Origin: Chitinophaga pinensis
GTDB lineage: Bacteria > Bacteroidota > Bacteroidia > Bacteroidales > Prolixibacteraceae
NCBI GenBank assembly: GCA_945897845.1
Contig: CAMDGL010000001.1
Coordinates: 1 to 35,671 of the forward strand
Length of the DNA stretch: 35,671 nucleotides
Direction of reading: 5' to 3'
The notes beneath the pieces are model-generated. The model was not told the origin of the DNA, made no database searches, and worked only from the letters and a program-made list of their open reading frames with translations. Positions 1 through 8,744 of this stretch are shown one piece after another (within the stretch, counting starts at the first letter, position 1; every line of letters begins with the position of its first letter). The translations under genes were made by a program, and so were the position numbers.

Positions 1-23
1 AACTCTTGCGTTTTTAGCGGCTG

Positions 24-54
24 CAAAGGTATTTTTCTTTTTATCTATTCCAAA
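24..54 (-). promoter_or_regulatory. Bacteroidota primary-sigma promoter pointing out of the window (downstream member of a tandem pair)
   Basis: Minus strand TTTG (51-54), 19-nt spacer, TACCTTTG (24-31); matches the -33 TTTG / -7 TAnnTTTG consensus. Confidence 0.75.
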
Positions 55-149
55 ACTTTTTAAAATTATTTTGAAACTTTTTTCCAGATCTTCCTTTGCT
101 TGCCTTTGCCCCCGTTGCCGGATAACAAACTTTCCTTTGAAAGCGGTCA

Positions 150-180
150 CAAAGATAGAGGCAGAAGATTACCACGCAAC
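150..180 (-). promoter_or_regulatory. Second Bacteroidota promoter pointing out of the window (upstream member of the pair)
   Basis: Minus strand GTTG (177-180), 19-nt spacer, TATCTTTG (150-157). Confidence 0.65.
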
Positions 181-468
181 ACTTAGAAAAACCTTTTCTG
201 AAACTATTTCATCAATCCATTAGCCAAATACTGAAAACCAGGATTTTAATGATATCAGTTAATGTGAAGTTAAAGTTAAGTGGACACCATTAACTATCGT
301 TATCCAAATATAATAAGGATATCCATCTTTCATTTACATTGTAAAAATAACTTCAGGAAGGATATGACAGCATAAATAAAGGGATCAAACCATGAAACTC
401 GATGTCATCTGATTGCAGGAAACCAAAATTAAAAAACTGATTGACATACTCCTGTTGCTCAGTTTTTA

Positions 469-476
469 TACCTTTG
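469..476 (+). promoter_or_regulatory. -7 promoter box of the nadB operon
   Basis: TACCTTTG 25 nt upstream of the nadB ATG; no cleanly spaced -33 box. Confidence 0.6.
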
Positions 477-501
477 CGCCCTCGAAAGAAAAATTCTTCA
501 G

Positions 502-2091
502 ATGGCACATTCTTATTCCATTGAAATTAAAGAGTTTGACACCATTATCGTTGGAAGCGGTTTGGCTGGCCTGACTGCGGCTTTTCATGCCTCAAAAAAA
601 GGGAGTGTCGCCATTATTACCAAATCGCAGCTCGATATCAGTAATTCGTATTATGCACAGGGCGGTATTGCAGTTGTAATGGATGAAAATGATTCCTTTG
701 AATCCCATATTCAGGATACTTTAATTGCCGGACGTGGACTTTGCGACCTCGATGCAGTAAAGATACTGGTTGCCGAAGGGCAGGAATGTGTTCAGGAACT
801 GATCCGTATTGGAATGCAATTCGACAAGGAAAACGGACTCTTTGTTCAGGGACTTGAAGGTGGGCACAGCTTTCGCAGGATTCTTCATGCAGGTGGCGAT
901 GCAACCGGAAAGGGTCTTACGATGTTCATGCTGAAAAAAGTTCAGGAACAAAAAAACATACAGGCATTCGAATATACCACGGTGGTCGAACTTCTGGTCA
1001 GCGATCAGGTTTGTACGGGAGTTCAGGCATTCGACTTTGTGAGCAGTAAAAACATTGTTTTCAAATCGAAATCTACAATCATTGCAACCGGCGGATTATC
1101 GCGAATATACGACCGATCGACAAATCCACACACTGCTACCGGCGATGGTATCGCGTTGGCCTACCATGCAGGTGCCAAACTTTCCGATATCGAATTCATT
1201 CAGTTCCATCCAACAGCATTGAGTATTCCCGGCGAGGAAGCATTTTTGATCAGCGAAGCAGTTCGCGGCGAAGGTGCCTGGCTGCTGAATCCGAAAGGAG
1301 AACGATTTATGCAACATATCCATCCACTTGCAGAACTCGCACCGCGCGATGTGGTTGCTTATGCAATTTACAATGAATTACAGTTGCATCAGACCGATTT
1401 TCTTCATCTCAGTTTAAAACACCTCAATCCTGAGATTATAAAGAAGCGTTTTTCGAATATTCATGATACCTTATTAAAATACAACATTGATTTTACCCGC
1501 GATTTGTTGCCGATCTCACCTGCCGCGCATTATATGGTAGGTGGTATTCAAACCGATTTGCACGGTGAAACCAACATCAAAGGTTTGTTTGCCTGCGGCG
1601 AAGTAGCTTCAACCGGAGTAATGGGTGCCAACAGACTGGCAAGTAACTCCTTGCTCGAATGTTTGGTATTTGGTAAACGTGCAGCCGAAAAAGCGATGTT
1701 ACAGGAAAATATACTAACAGAATTGCCTGAAATAAACAGCATTCATATTGCTCAGGAAAATGAAAATCTTTTTCTTGAAACAAAAAACCAAATTGCAGTA
1801 TTAATGAGTAAAAAAGCCGGGATTGTACGGTCGGGAATAAAACTAACTGAGGCAATTGACGAACTTAATACAATAAGAAATCAATTACCGCACAAAATTA
1901 ATGAATACAATCTTTTAAAAATCAAACACATTACTGATATTTGCACCCTCATTTGCAGATCAGCGTTAATCAGGGAAGAAAGCCGTGGCGGGCATATTCG
2001 GGAAGACTTCAAATTAGAAGATCCTAAGTTTTGTGCCCATCTGGTTCAGCAAATAGGTCAAGTGTTTAAATTTCAGGAAATTCGCAAATAA
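502..2091 (+). CDS. nadB: L-aspartate oxidase
   Basis: FAD-binding IVGSGLAG, SYYAQGG, LEGGHS, QFHPT, SEAVRGEG, HYMVGG, GANRLASNSLLE, ESRGGH; adjacent to nadC. Confidence 0.95.
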   Translation: MAHSYSIEIKEFDTIIVGSGLAGLTAAFHASKKGSVAIITKSQLDISNSYYAQGGIAVVMDENDSFESHIQDTLIAGRGLCDLDAVKILVAEGQECVQELIRIGMQFDKENGLFVQGLEGGHSFRRILHAGGDATGKGLTMFMLKKVQEQKNIQAFEYTTVVELLVSDQVCTGVQAFDFVSSKNIVFKSKSTIIATGGLSRIYDRSTNPHTATGDGIALAYHAGAKLSDIEFIQFHPTALSIPGEEAFLISEAVRGEGAWLLNPKGERFMQHIHPLAELAPRDVVAYAIYNELQLHQTDFLHLSLKHLNPEIIKKRFSNIHDTLLKYNIDFTRDLLPISPAAHYMVGGIQTDLHGETNIKGLFACGEVASTGVMGANRLASNSLLECLVFGKRAAEKAMLQENILTELPEINSIHIAQENENLFLETKNQIAVLMSKKAGIVRSGIKLTEAIDELNTIRNQLPHKINEYNLLKIKHITDICTLICRSALIREESRGGHIREDFKLEDPKFCAHLVQQIGQVFKFQEIRK

Positions 2092-2095
2092 AAAC

Positions 2096-2938
2096 ATGAA
2101 CAAAAACGTAAGAAAAGCAGCACACATACTTATCGACCTTGCACTAATGGACGACGTTGGTGATGGTGATATCACAACCGACAATATTGTTCCATCTGGA
2201 ACCAGGCGCAAAGCAAAAATGGTTGCCAAGGCAGATGGCGTAGTTGCAGGACTTCCGATAGCTGAAATGGTTTTTAGAAAACTCGATGAGAACCTGATTT
2301 GGAACGAGTTGGTTGAAGAAGGTGCAAAGGTGAAAAATGGCGATGTCTTGGTTGAGTTTGAAGGAACCTACCGGTCGCTCCTAACAGGAGAACGAACTGC
2401 CCTTAACTTTTTACAGCGGTTATCCGGAATTGCAACCATGTCAGCCAAATACGCTGATGCAGTTAAAGATTTTCAAACCGTTATACTTGATACCCGCAAA
2501 ACCCTTCCCGGATTTAATAAGCTTGACAAATATGCTGTAAAAAAAGGCGGCGCCAGCAACCACCGCCATGGACTTCACGACATGGCAATGATAAAGGACA
2601 ACCACATTGAAGTGGCCGGTGGAATCACCGCAGCTGTAAAAGCGGTACGCAGCGGCGTTGAACACGGGATAAAGATTGAAGTGGAAACCACTTCACTTGA
2701 TCAGGTCCAGGAGGCAATTGATGCGAAGGTTGACATCATCATGCTCGACAACATGGACAATGAAACCATGCGTAAAGCTGTTGAACTGATTGCAGGCCGG
2801 GCAAAAATTGAAGCGTCAGGGAATATGACCTTTGAACGGCTGCACGATGTCGCAGCAACTGGTGTCGATTACATTTCAATCGGTGCACTGACTCATTCGG
2901 TCAGTGCATTGGATATCAGTCAACGAATAGAAGATTAG
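2096..2938 (+). CDS. nadC: Nicotinate-nucleotide diphosphorylase (quinolinate phosphoribosyltransferase)
   Basis: ERTALNFLQRLSGIAT, DTRKTLPG, NHRHGLHD, KDNH, IMLDNM, EASG, SIGALTHS. Confidence 0.97.
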   Translation: MNKNVRKAAHILIDLALMDDVGDGDITTDNIVPSGTRRKAKMVAKADGVVAGLPIAEMVFRKLDENLIWNELVEEGAKVKNGDVLVEFEGTYRSLLTGERTALNFLQRLSGIATMSAKYADAVKDFQTVILDTRKTLPGFNKLDKYAVKKGGASNHRHGLHDMAMIKDNHIEVAGGITAAVKAVRSGVEHGIKIEVETTSLDQVQEAIDAKVDIIMLDNMDNETMRKAVELIAGRAKIEASGNMTFERLHDVAATGVDYISIGALTHSVSALDISQRIED

Positions 2939-2941
2939 TCA

Positions 2942-3679
2942 TTGATAAACCTCGTCATAGATATAGGAAATAGCCGGACAAAGATCGCTTTGTTCAACCA
3001 GCATGATTTGATGTTCAATGTTCCGATTGATCATTTAACAGTCAATCATGTGCTTAGCCTGAAAGCGGATTATCCACAATTAAATAAGGTAATACTTTCT
3101 TCGGTAAAACCATACGACGAAGAATTAAAACGTCTTTTGTCCGAAGAATTTGATCAGTTTATAGAACTTGACCATCATACGGAATTGCCCATCGGGAATT
3201 TATACGAAACGCCCGAAACGCTTGGGAAAGATAGGATTGCAGCAGCAGTTGGCGCCAACGAACTTTTTCCGGATCAGAATTTACTGATTATTGATGCAGG
3301 CACGGCCATTACCTACGATCTGGTTTCAGAAAAAAATCAGTTTATCGGCGGAAATATTTCACCAGGGCTTGAGATGCGTTTCAAAGCCCTGAACCATTTT
3401 ACGGGCAAGCTGCCACTTGTTGATTATAGTAATGATTTTGAACCGGTTGGGAGAAACACAATTGATGCAATACGTGCGGGAGTCCAGAACGGGATTCTTT
3501 TCGAAATTGCACAAACCATTGATTTATTTAACAGAAATTATCAAAATTTACATATCATTATGACCGGAGGTGATTCTTATTTTTTTGATAAAAAATTAAA
3601 TTATTCCATATTTGTACACTTTAATTTAACCCTCATCGGTTTAAACAGGATTCTGGAACACAATGCGAAAAAGAACTAA
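2942..3679 (+). CDS. coaX: Type III pantothenate kinase
   Basis: DIGNSRTK, LGKDR, DAGTAITYD, GGNISPG, TGGD; TTG start. Confidence 0.93.
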   Translation: MINLVIDIGNSRTKIALFNQHDLMFNVPIDHLTVNHVLSLKADYPQLNKVILSSVKPYDEELKRLLSEEFDQFIELDHHTELPIGNLYETPETLGKDRIAAAVGANELFPDQNLLIIDAGTAITYDLVSEKNQFIGGNISPGLEMRFKALNHFTGKLPLVDYSNDFEPVGRNTIDAIRAGVQNGILFEIAQTIDLFNRNYQNLHIIMTGGDSYFFDKKLNYSIFVHFNLTLIGLNRILEHNAKKN

Positions 3680-4946
3680 TGCACTATCAGTCGTGATGGT
3701 TTTGATTATCTGCGGATTATCTGGCTTTGCGCAAAACAACAACACAACTTCTCCCTTTTCGAGATATGGATTAGGCGATTTACATCATTACGGCTACGGT
3801 CGCACCGCAGCAATGGGAGGAGCTTCGTTAGGCAGCCGACATGCTGTGCAGATCAATTCGGCGAATCCCGCCTCTTATACAGCCAACGACAGTTTGTCAT
3901 TTATTTTCGAATTTGGTTTAGATGGCACTTTATCAAATTACAAAAGCAATTTTGGAAACACGCAGACCGACGATGTCAACTTCCGTTACTTTTCACTGAG
4001 TTGGCCAGTTACAAAATGGTTAGGTGGGGCAATGGGTATTCAACCCTTCTCTGATATGGGATATGAAGTCGGATTTGCAGACAGTCTTAGTGGTGTAGGA
4101 AATACTTATCACAGTTATTTAGGTGAAGGAACCACTTCAAAAGCATTTATCGGAACTTCAGTAAGTCCATTCAAAGGTCTATCAATCGGTGCAAACCTGA
4201 ATTATATATTCGGACGTATAAATAAAAATACGAAATTGGAATTTGCCGATCCTACCGTTTTCTTGCTTTCAAAAACTGAAAGCATGCGGCTCCGCGACTT
4301 TACCCTTTCTTATGGCCTTCAATACGACCTTAGGCTAAAGCAGAACCAATATCTCACTTTGGGTGTTACATTTGAAAACAAATCGGATTTCACAGTTCTT
4401 TATCAATCATTAACCTATAAAGGTATTGTAATCGGATCGCAGTTATACCAGGACAAGTTGGACACAACATACGAAATAGAATCAAAAAATTCTATCAGAC
4501 TGCCTTCTACAATTGGGGTTGGTTTATCGTATAACAATATTAATAAACTCGAAATTAATGCTGATTATTACCATGCGGCCTGGAGCAAATCCACTTTTCT
4601 GGGTGCGACCGACCAGCTTATAACTGATCGCAACAGATTTTCAGCCGGATTTGAATATATTCCGGAAGCATTTTCAATCAGAAGTTATTTTAAAAGAGTG
4701 AAATACAGGGCTGGAATTCATTACGAAGAATCGTACCTGAAATTGAACAATCATCAGATAAGTGAGTTTGGCATAAGTTTTGGGGCAGGACTACCGTTCC
4801 CAAAATCAAAATCGACCGCAAATTTCGCATTTGAACTTGGTAAAAAAGGAACTACTGATTATGATCTTGTAAAAAACAACTATGCAAAATTCAGTCTGTA
4901 TTTGAATTTTTACGATTATTGGTTTGTAAAGCGTAAATTTGATTAG
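3663..4946 (+). CDS. Outer membrane beta-barrel protein, FadL/PorV-like Bacteroidota family
   Basis: Signal peptide, SPFSRYGLG and AMGG...NPAS N-terminal motifs, alternating beta strands, C-terminal WFVKRKFD; position after coaX. Confidence 0.75.
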   Translation: MRKRTNALSVVMVLIICGLSGFAQNNNTTSPFSRYGLGDLHHYGYGRTAAMGGASLGSRHAVQINSANPASYTANDSLSFIFEFGLDGTLSNYKSNFGNTQTDDVNFRYFSLSWPVTKWLGGAMGIQPFSDMGYEVGFADSLSGVGNTYHSYLGEGTTSKAFIGTSVSPFKGLSIGANLNYIFGRINKNTKLEFADPTVFLLSKTESMRLRDFTLSYGLQYDLRLKQNQYLTLGVTFENKSDFTVLYQSLTYKGIVIGSQLYQDKLDTTYEIESKNSIRLPSTIGVGLSYNNINKLEINADYYHAAWSKSTFLGATDQLITDRNRFSAGFEYIPEAFSIRSYFKRVKYRAGIHYEESYLKLNNHQISEFGISFGAGLPFPKSKSTANFAFELGKKGTTDYDLVKNNYAKFSLYLNFYDYWFVKRKFD

Positions 4947-4977
4947 AAGAAGTAAAAACCTATTAAAAATTACTATA

Positions 4978-6603
4978 ATGAAAACGTTCAAATTAAAATC
5001 AATTTTCCTTACACTGGCAATTGCTGCAATGATTTCCTATTCTGCAGTTGCACAACGTGTTGTTAAGGGAACTGTTTACAGGGAAGGCAAAGTAGCTGCG
5101 GGTGTAACCGTTGAAGTTCACAAGTCAAGCGAAGTATTTAGAACCAGTTTCGACGGTTTATACGAAATTAAAGTACCGGATAAAGCTAAATACTTAAAGT
5201 TTACTTTTATCGACGATGCCCGAAAAGTTGACATTGAAACCAATACCAGTGATGTGATCGATTTCAGTTTCGATGGTGTGATTCCAGAAGCAGTTGAAGT
5301 TAGTGAGTCGGGGGCAATATTAAAAACCTCTGCAGAATTGATTGCTGCCAAAGACAAGGATTTCATGAGTTCATACACACTCGAAAAACAATTCTACGAC
5401 CAAAAAGACTACAAATCAGCTCTTGGTATGTGGCGAAAACTTTACAGAACCTATCCGCTATCAACCATCAACATTTATTTGCATGGTATCAATATCTATC
5501 AGAACCTGATTGAGGGAACAAACGATCATAAACTGAAAGATTTGTATATAGATACTTTAATGCATGTTTACGATCGTCGTATTAAACATTTCGATCAGAA
5601 AGGATATATATTAGGACGTCAGGGAACTGACTATCTAAAATACAAACTTGATAACGAAAATATTACAGACGATCAGAGGAAACCAATTTTATTGAAAGGC
5701 TATAAATACCTGGAAGAATCAGTTAAACTTCAAGGCCTCGAATCAGAAGCACCTGTTCTTATCCTGTTGATGCAATCTACCCGCGGACTTTTCGGCCTGG
5801 GTGAATTAGGAAAAGAAAAAGTAATCGAAAATTATGATATCGCTTCAAAAATCATAAGTTCTGCTCTTCAAAAAGACGCTACAAACAACAATTTCATTAT
5901 TGCACGCGACAACATCGAACAGGTTTTCCAATCGAGCGGAGCTGCAGACTGCGAAGCATTGATCAGCATTTACACTCCTAAATTCGATCAGGTTGCCACC
6001 AATCTCGAAGATCTGAAAAAAATGATCAGGTTGCTTGACCGTCAGAATTGTGATGCAAGCCCACTGTATGCAAAGGCAGCAGAAAAACTTTATCAACTTG
6101 AACCATCAGCTGAAGCGGCTTATAACATGGCACGCATGTATATAAAAGCCGAACAGCATGATAAGGCCCAGGATTATTACAAACTCGCAATCGATTCTGA
6201 AAAAGATCCTTTGAACCTTTCAAAGTACTATTACGAAATGGCAACTTTGAATTTCACAAGTAATCCGCAAACAGCAAGGACTTATTTAAAGAAATCCATC
6301 GAAAACAATCCGAATTTCGGAAAACCATACCTTTTGTTAGGCGATCTTTATGCCCACAACAGCAAATCGTATGGAGAAAATGATTTTGAACGCTCAATGG
6401 TATTCCTTTTGGCGGTTGATTACTATGCCAAAGCAAAAAAAGCTGATTCATCTGTTGAAGCAGAAGCAAACGAAAAAATTGCTCTTTATTCAAAATATTT
6501 CCCAGTTAAAGAAGAAATCTTCTTTAATGGATTAACAGTAGGTCAAACGTATTCTTTGGGTGGTTGGATCGGCGAAAGCACAACTATCCGCGAAAAACGA
6601 TAG
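4978..6603 (+). CDS. Exported TPR-repeat protein with N-terminal carboxypeptidase-regulatory-like beta-sandwich domain
   Basis: ATG 4978 (MKTFKLK) with signal peptide ending AVA-Q; VKGTV...GVTV...T..DG.YEI; helical TPR repeats; C-terminal GWIGESTTIR. Confidence 0.75.
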   Translation: MKTFKLKSIFLTLAIAAMISYSAVAQRVVKGTVYREGKVAAGVTVEVHKSSEVFRTSFDGLYEIKVPDKAKYLKFTFIDDARKVDIETNTSDVIDFSFDGVIPEAVEVSESGAILKTSAELIAAKDKDFMSSYTLEKQFYDQKDYKSALGMWRKLYRTYPLSTINIYLHGINIYQNLIEGTNDHKLKDLYIDTLMHVYDRRIKHFDQKGYILGRQGTDYLKYKLDNENITDDQRKPILLKGYKYLEESVKLQGLESEAPVLILLMQSTRGLFGLGELGKEKVIENYDIASKIISSALQKDATNNNFIIARDNIEQVFQSSGAADCEALISIYTPKFDQVATNLEDLKKMIRLLDRQNCDASPLYAKAAEKLYQLEPSAEAAYNMARMYIKAEQHDKAQDYYKLAIDSEKDPLNLSKYYYEMATLNFTSNPQTARTYLKKSIENNPNFGKPYLLLGDLYAHNSKSYGENDFERSMVFLLAVDYYAKAKKADSSVEAEANEKIALYSKYFPVKEEIFFNGLTVGQTYSLGGWIGESTTIREKR

Positions 6604-6629
6604 AAAACTAAATTTTGTCCTATTTATTG

Positions 6630-6674
6630 AAAGCATTGTATTTCCTTTATACCGAGATACAATGCTTTTCTTTT
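6630..6674 (+). terminator. Intrinsic terminator after the TPR gene
   Basis: Stem aaagcattgtatttc / gagatacaatgcttt followed by a T-rich tract. Confidence 0.65.
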
Positions 6675-6690
6675 ATTACCTTTTTATTCA

Positions 6691-6698
6691 TAGCTTTG
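6691..6698 (+). promoter_or_regulatory. -7 promoter box for lptC
   Basis: TAGCTTTG just after the terminator and upstream of lptC. Confidence 0.5.
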
Positions 6699-6762
6699 CC
6701 ACATCAATCGGGAGTGAAAATTCAATATTAATTAATGAATTCCGATTTTCTTTTTCTTAACA

Positions 6763-7371
6763 ATGAGCGTTATACTTTTTTTAAAAACCCTTTACCTGTC
6801 ATGCAGTTACAATTCTGCTAAAAGGATTAAAACGGCCTGTCTGATGATTGCGACTGGCCTGTTGCTTGCTTCGTGTGCGAACGATATTGAAAAAATTAAA
6901 ATATATTCAGTTACCGAAATATTGCCAAGTCTTAAAGCCGAAGGTTATGAAATGCTCTACTCCGATTCTACGGTGATAAGGTTTAAGCTTCAAACTCCTG
7001 AACTCCTCAGACACGACAATGAAAAAGAACCTTATACTGAATTTCCTCTGGGAGTTAATATTATCAAATACGATGGCAACATGAATGTCATTTCAAGTAT
7101 CAGTGCGCTCTATGCCAAAAATTTCGACTCCGACGACCGGTGGGAAGTAAAGAACAATGTAATTGCAGTCAATCTCAAAGGTGATACCCTGAAAACAGAA
7201 TACCTTGTTTGGGATCAGAAAAAAGGAAAGATTTTCTCCGATCAATTTGTTAAAATCATTCAAAAAGATCAAATTTATACAGGAATCGGATTTGAATCCG
7301 ATCAGGACTTTTCCTCCTACAAGATAAAAAACCTGAAAGGTCAGATGTACGTTGATGTTGATGAAAATTGA
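6763..7371 (+). CDS. lptC: LPS export ABC transporter periplasmic protein LptC (start codon uncertain)
   Basis: Lipobox-like LLASC, YSDS, EFPLG, GDTLKTEYLVWD, GIGFESDQ beta-jellyroll pattern; conserved synteny. Confidence 0.8.
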   Translation: MSVILFLKTLYLSCSYNSAKRIKTACLMIATGLLLASCANDIEKIKIYSVTEILPSLKAEGYEMLYSDSTVIRFKLQTPELLRHDNEKEPYTEFPLGVNIIKYDGNMNVISSISALYAKNFDSDDRWEVKNNVIAVNLKGDTLKTEYLVWDQKKGKIFSDQFVKIIQKDQIYTGIGFESDQDFSSYKIKNLKGQMYVDVDEN

Positions 7372-7378
7372 TCTTCCC

Positions 7379-8650
7379 ATGAATTTAATTCTTATCATAT
7401 TTTTCACCATTCTTTTTTCAGCCTTTTTCTCCGGAATGGAAATTGCTTTTATCTCAGCCAATAAACTCAGGCTGGAATTGGATAAGAAGCAAAATATGGT
7501 CTATTCGAAACTCATCACGCTCTATACTCAAAATCCGGCACAGTTTATTGCCACAATGCTTATTGGCAATAACATTGCATTGGTTATTTATGGTATTGCC
7601 TTTGCCAGGCTTCTTGAACCCATTTTTATTGAATATCTTCCAAACTCGCTGGTACTTCTCGTTCAAACCCTGATTTCAACCATCATCATTCTGGCAACTG
7701 CCGAGTATCTGCCAAAAATGTTCTTTCGGATCAATCCAAACGGCCTCCTGAAATTCTTCACAATTCCCATCTCATTTTTCTACTTTCTATTTTATCCGGT
7801 CACCAAGCTCACCATGGGCATTTCAAAGATAGTGCTGAAAGTATTCTTAAATGAAGAGATTAAAAATGTAAACGAAAAAATTGTTTTTAGCCGCATTGAT
7901 CTTGACCATTTTGTAAATGAGCCGGACAACAGCAACAGTGTATCGCAAAACAAAGAAGAAATTGACAATGAAGTAAAACTCTTTCGCAATGCCCTCGATT
8001 TTTCGAAAGTAAAACTGCGGGAGATTATGGTGCCCCGAACCGAGATGGTGTCAATGGACATAAATTCTACTGTGGAAGAATTGCACCAGAAATTTATCGA
8101 AACCGGATATTCCCGCATCATATTTTACGACGATAACATCGATAACATTGTTGGATACATTCACCATTCAGTAATTTTCACCAATCCCGATTCAATCAAA
8201 TCGAATTTGCGCAAAGTATTGATTGTTCCTGAAACGATGCCAGCCAGCAAACTTTTGGGCAAATTTATTCAGCAACGACTTAGCATCGCCATTGTTGTCG
8301 ATGAATTTGGCGGAACTTCAGGAATGGTGACAAGCGAAGATATACTTGAAGAAATATTCGGAGAAATTGAAGATGAGCACGATACCGTTTACCTTATAGA
8401 AAAGCAGATTTCGCCGAGTGAGTTCGTATTTTCAGGCCGTGTTGAACTCGATGAACTAAATGACAAGTTCAATCTCGATTTTCCCGAAAATGAAAATTTC
8501 GAAACTTTGGCAGGCTTCATCCTTTTCAATTACCAGAGTATTCCGAAAATCAATTCAATCATTAACATCGGGCAGTACCGCTTTAAAATATTAAAAGCAA
8601 GCAATACCAAAATTGAGCTGGTACACCTTAATATATTGGACAATAACTAA
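7379..8650 (+). CDS. Hemolysin/CNNM family protein (DUF21 TM + CBS pair + CorC/HlyC domain)
   Basis: [64 protein letters not shown]. Confidence 0.9.
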   Translation: MNLILIIFFTILFSAFFSGMEIAFISANKLRLELDKKQNMVYSKLITLYTQNPAQFIATMLIGNNIALVIYGIAFARLLEPIFIEYLPNSLVLLVQTLISTIIILATAEYLPKMFFRINPNGLLKFFTIPISFFYFLFYPVTKLTMGISKIVLKVFLNEEIKNVNEKIVFSRIDLDHFVNEPDNSNSVSQNKEEIDNEVKLFRNALDFSKVKLREIMVPRTEMVSMDINSTVEELHQKFIETGYSRIIFYDDNIDNIVGYIHHSVIFTNPDSIKSNLRKVLIVPETMPASKLLGKFIQQRLSIAIVVDEFGGTSGMVTSEDILEEIFGEIEDEHDTVYLIEKQISPSEFVFSGRVELDELNDKFNLDFPENENFETLAGFILFNYQSIPKINSIINIGQYRFKILKASNTKIELVHLNILDNN

Positions 8651-8744
8651 AATAAAAATTGAATTCGGAGGTTTAATATTGAAAATTATTATCTTCGTAC
8701 CTCGAAAATTTTAATAAATAATTATTATAAAATAACAACAGTCA

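Noticed and set aside
200-501. Riboswitch or NrtR operator upstream of nadB (palindrome tttaca-t-tgtaaa, 333-345)
   Set aside because: Leader after the promoter box is very short; the palindrome is short, AT-rich, far from the promoter and not a motif I can assign
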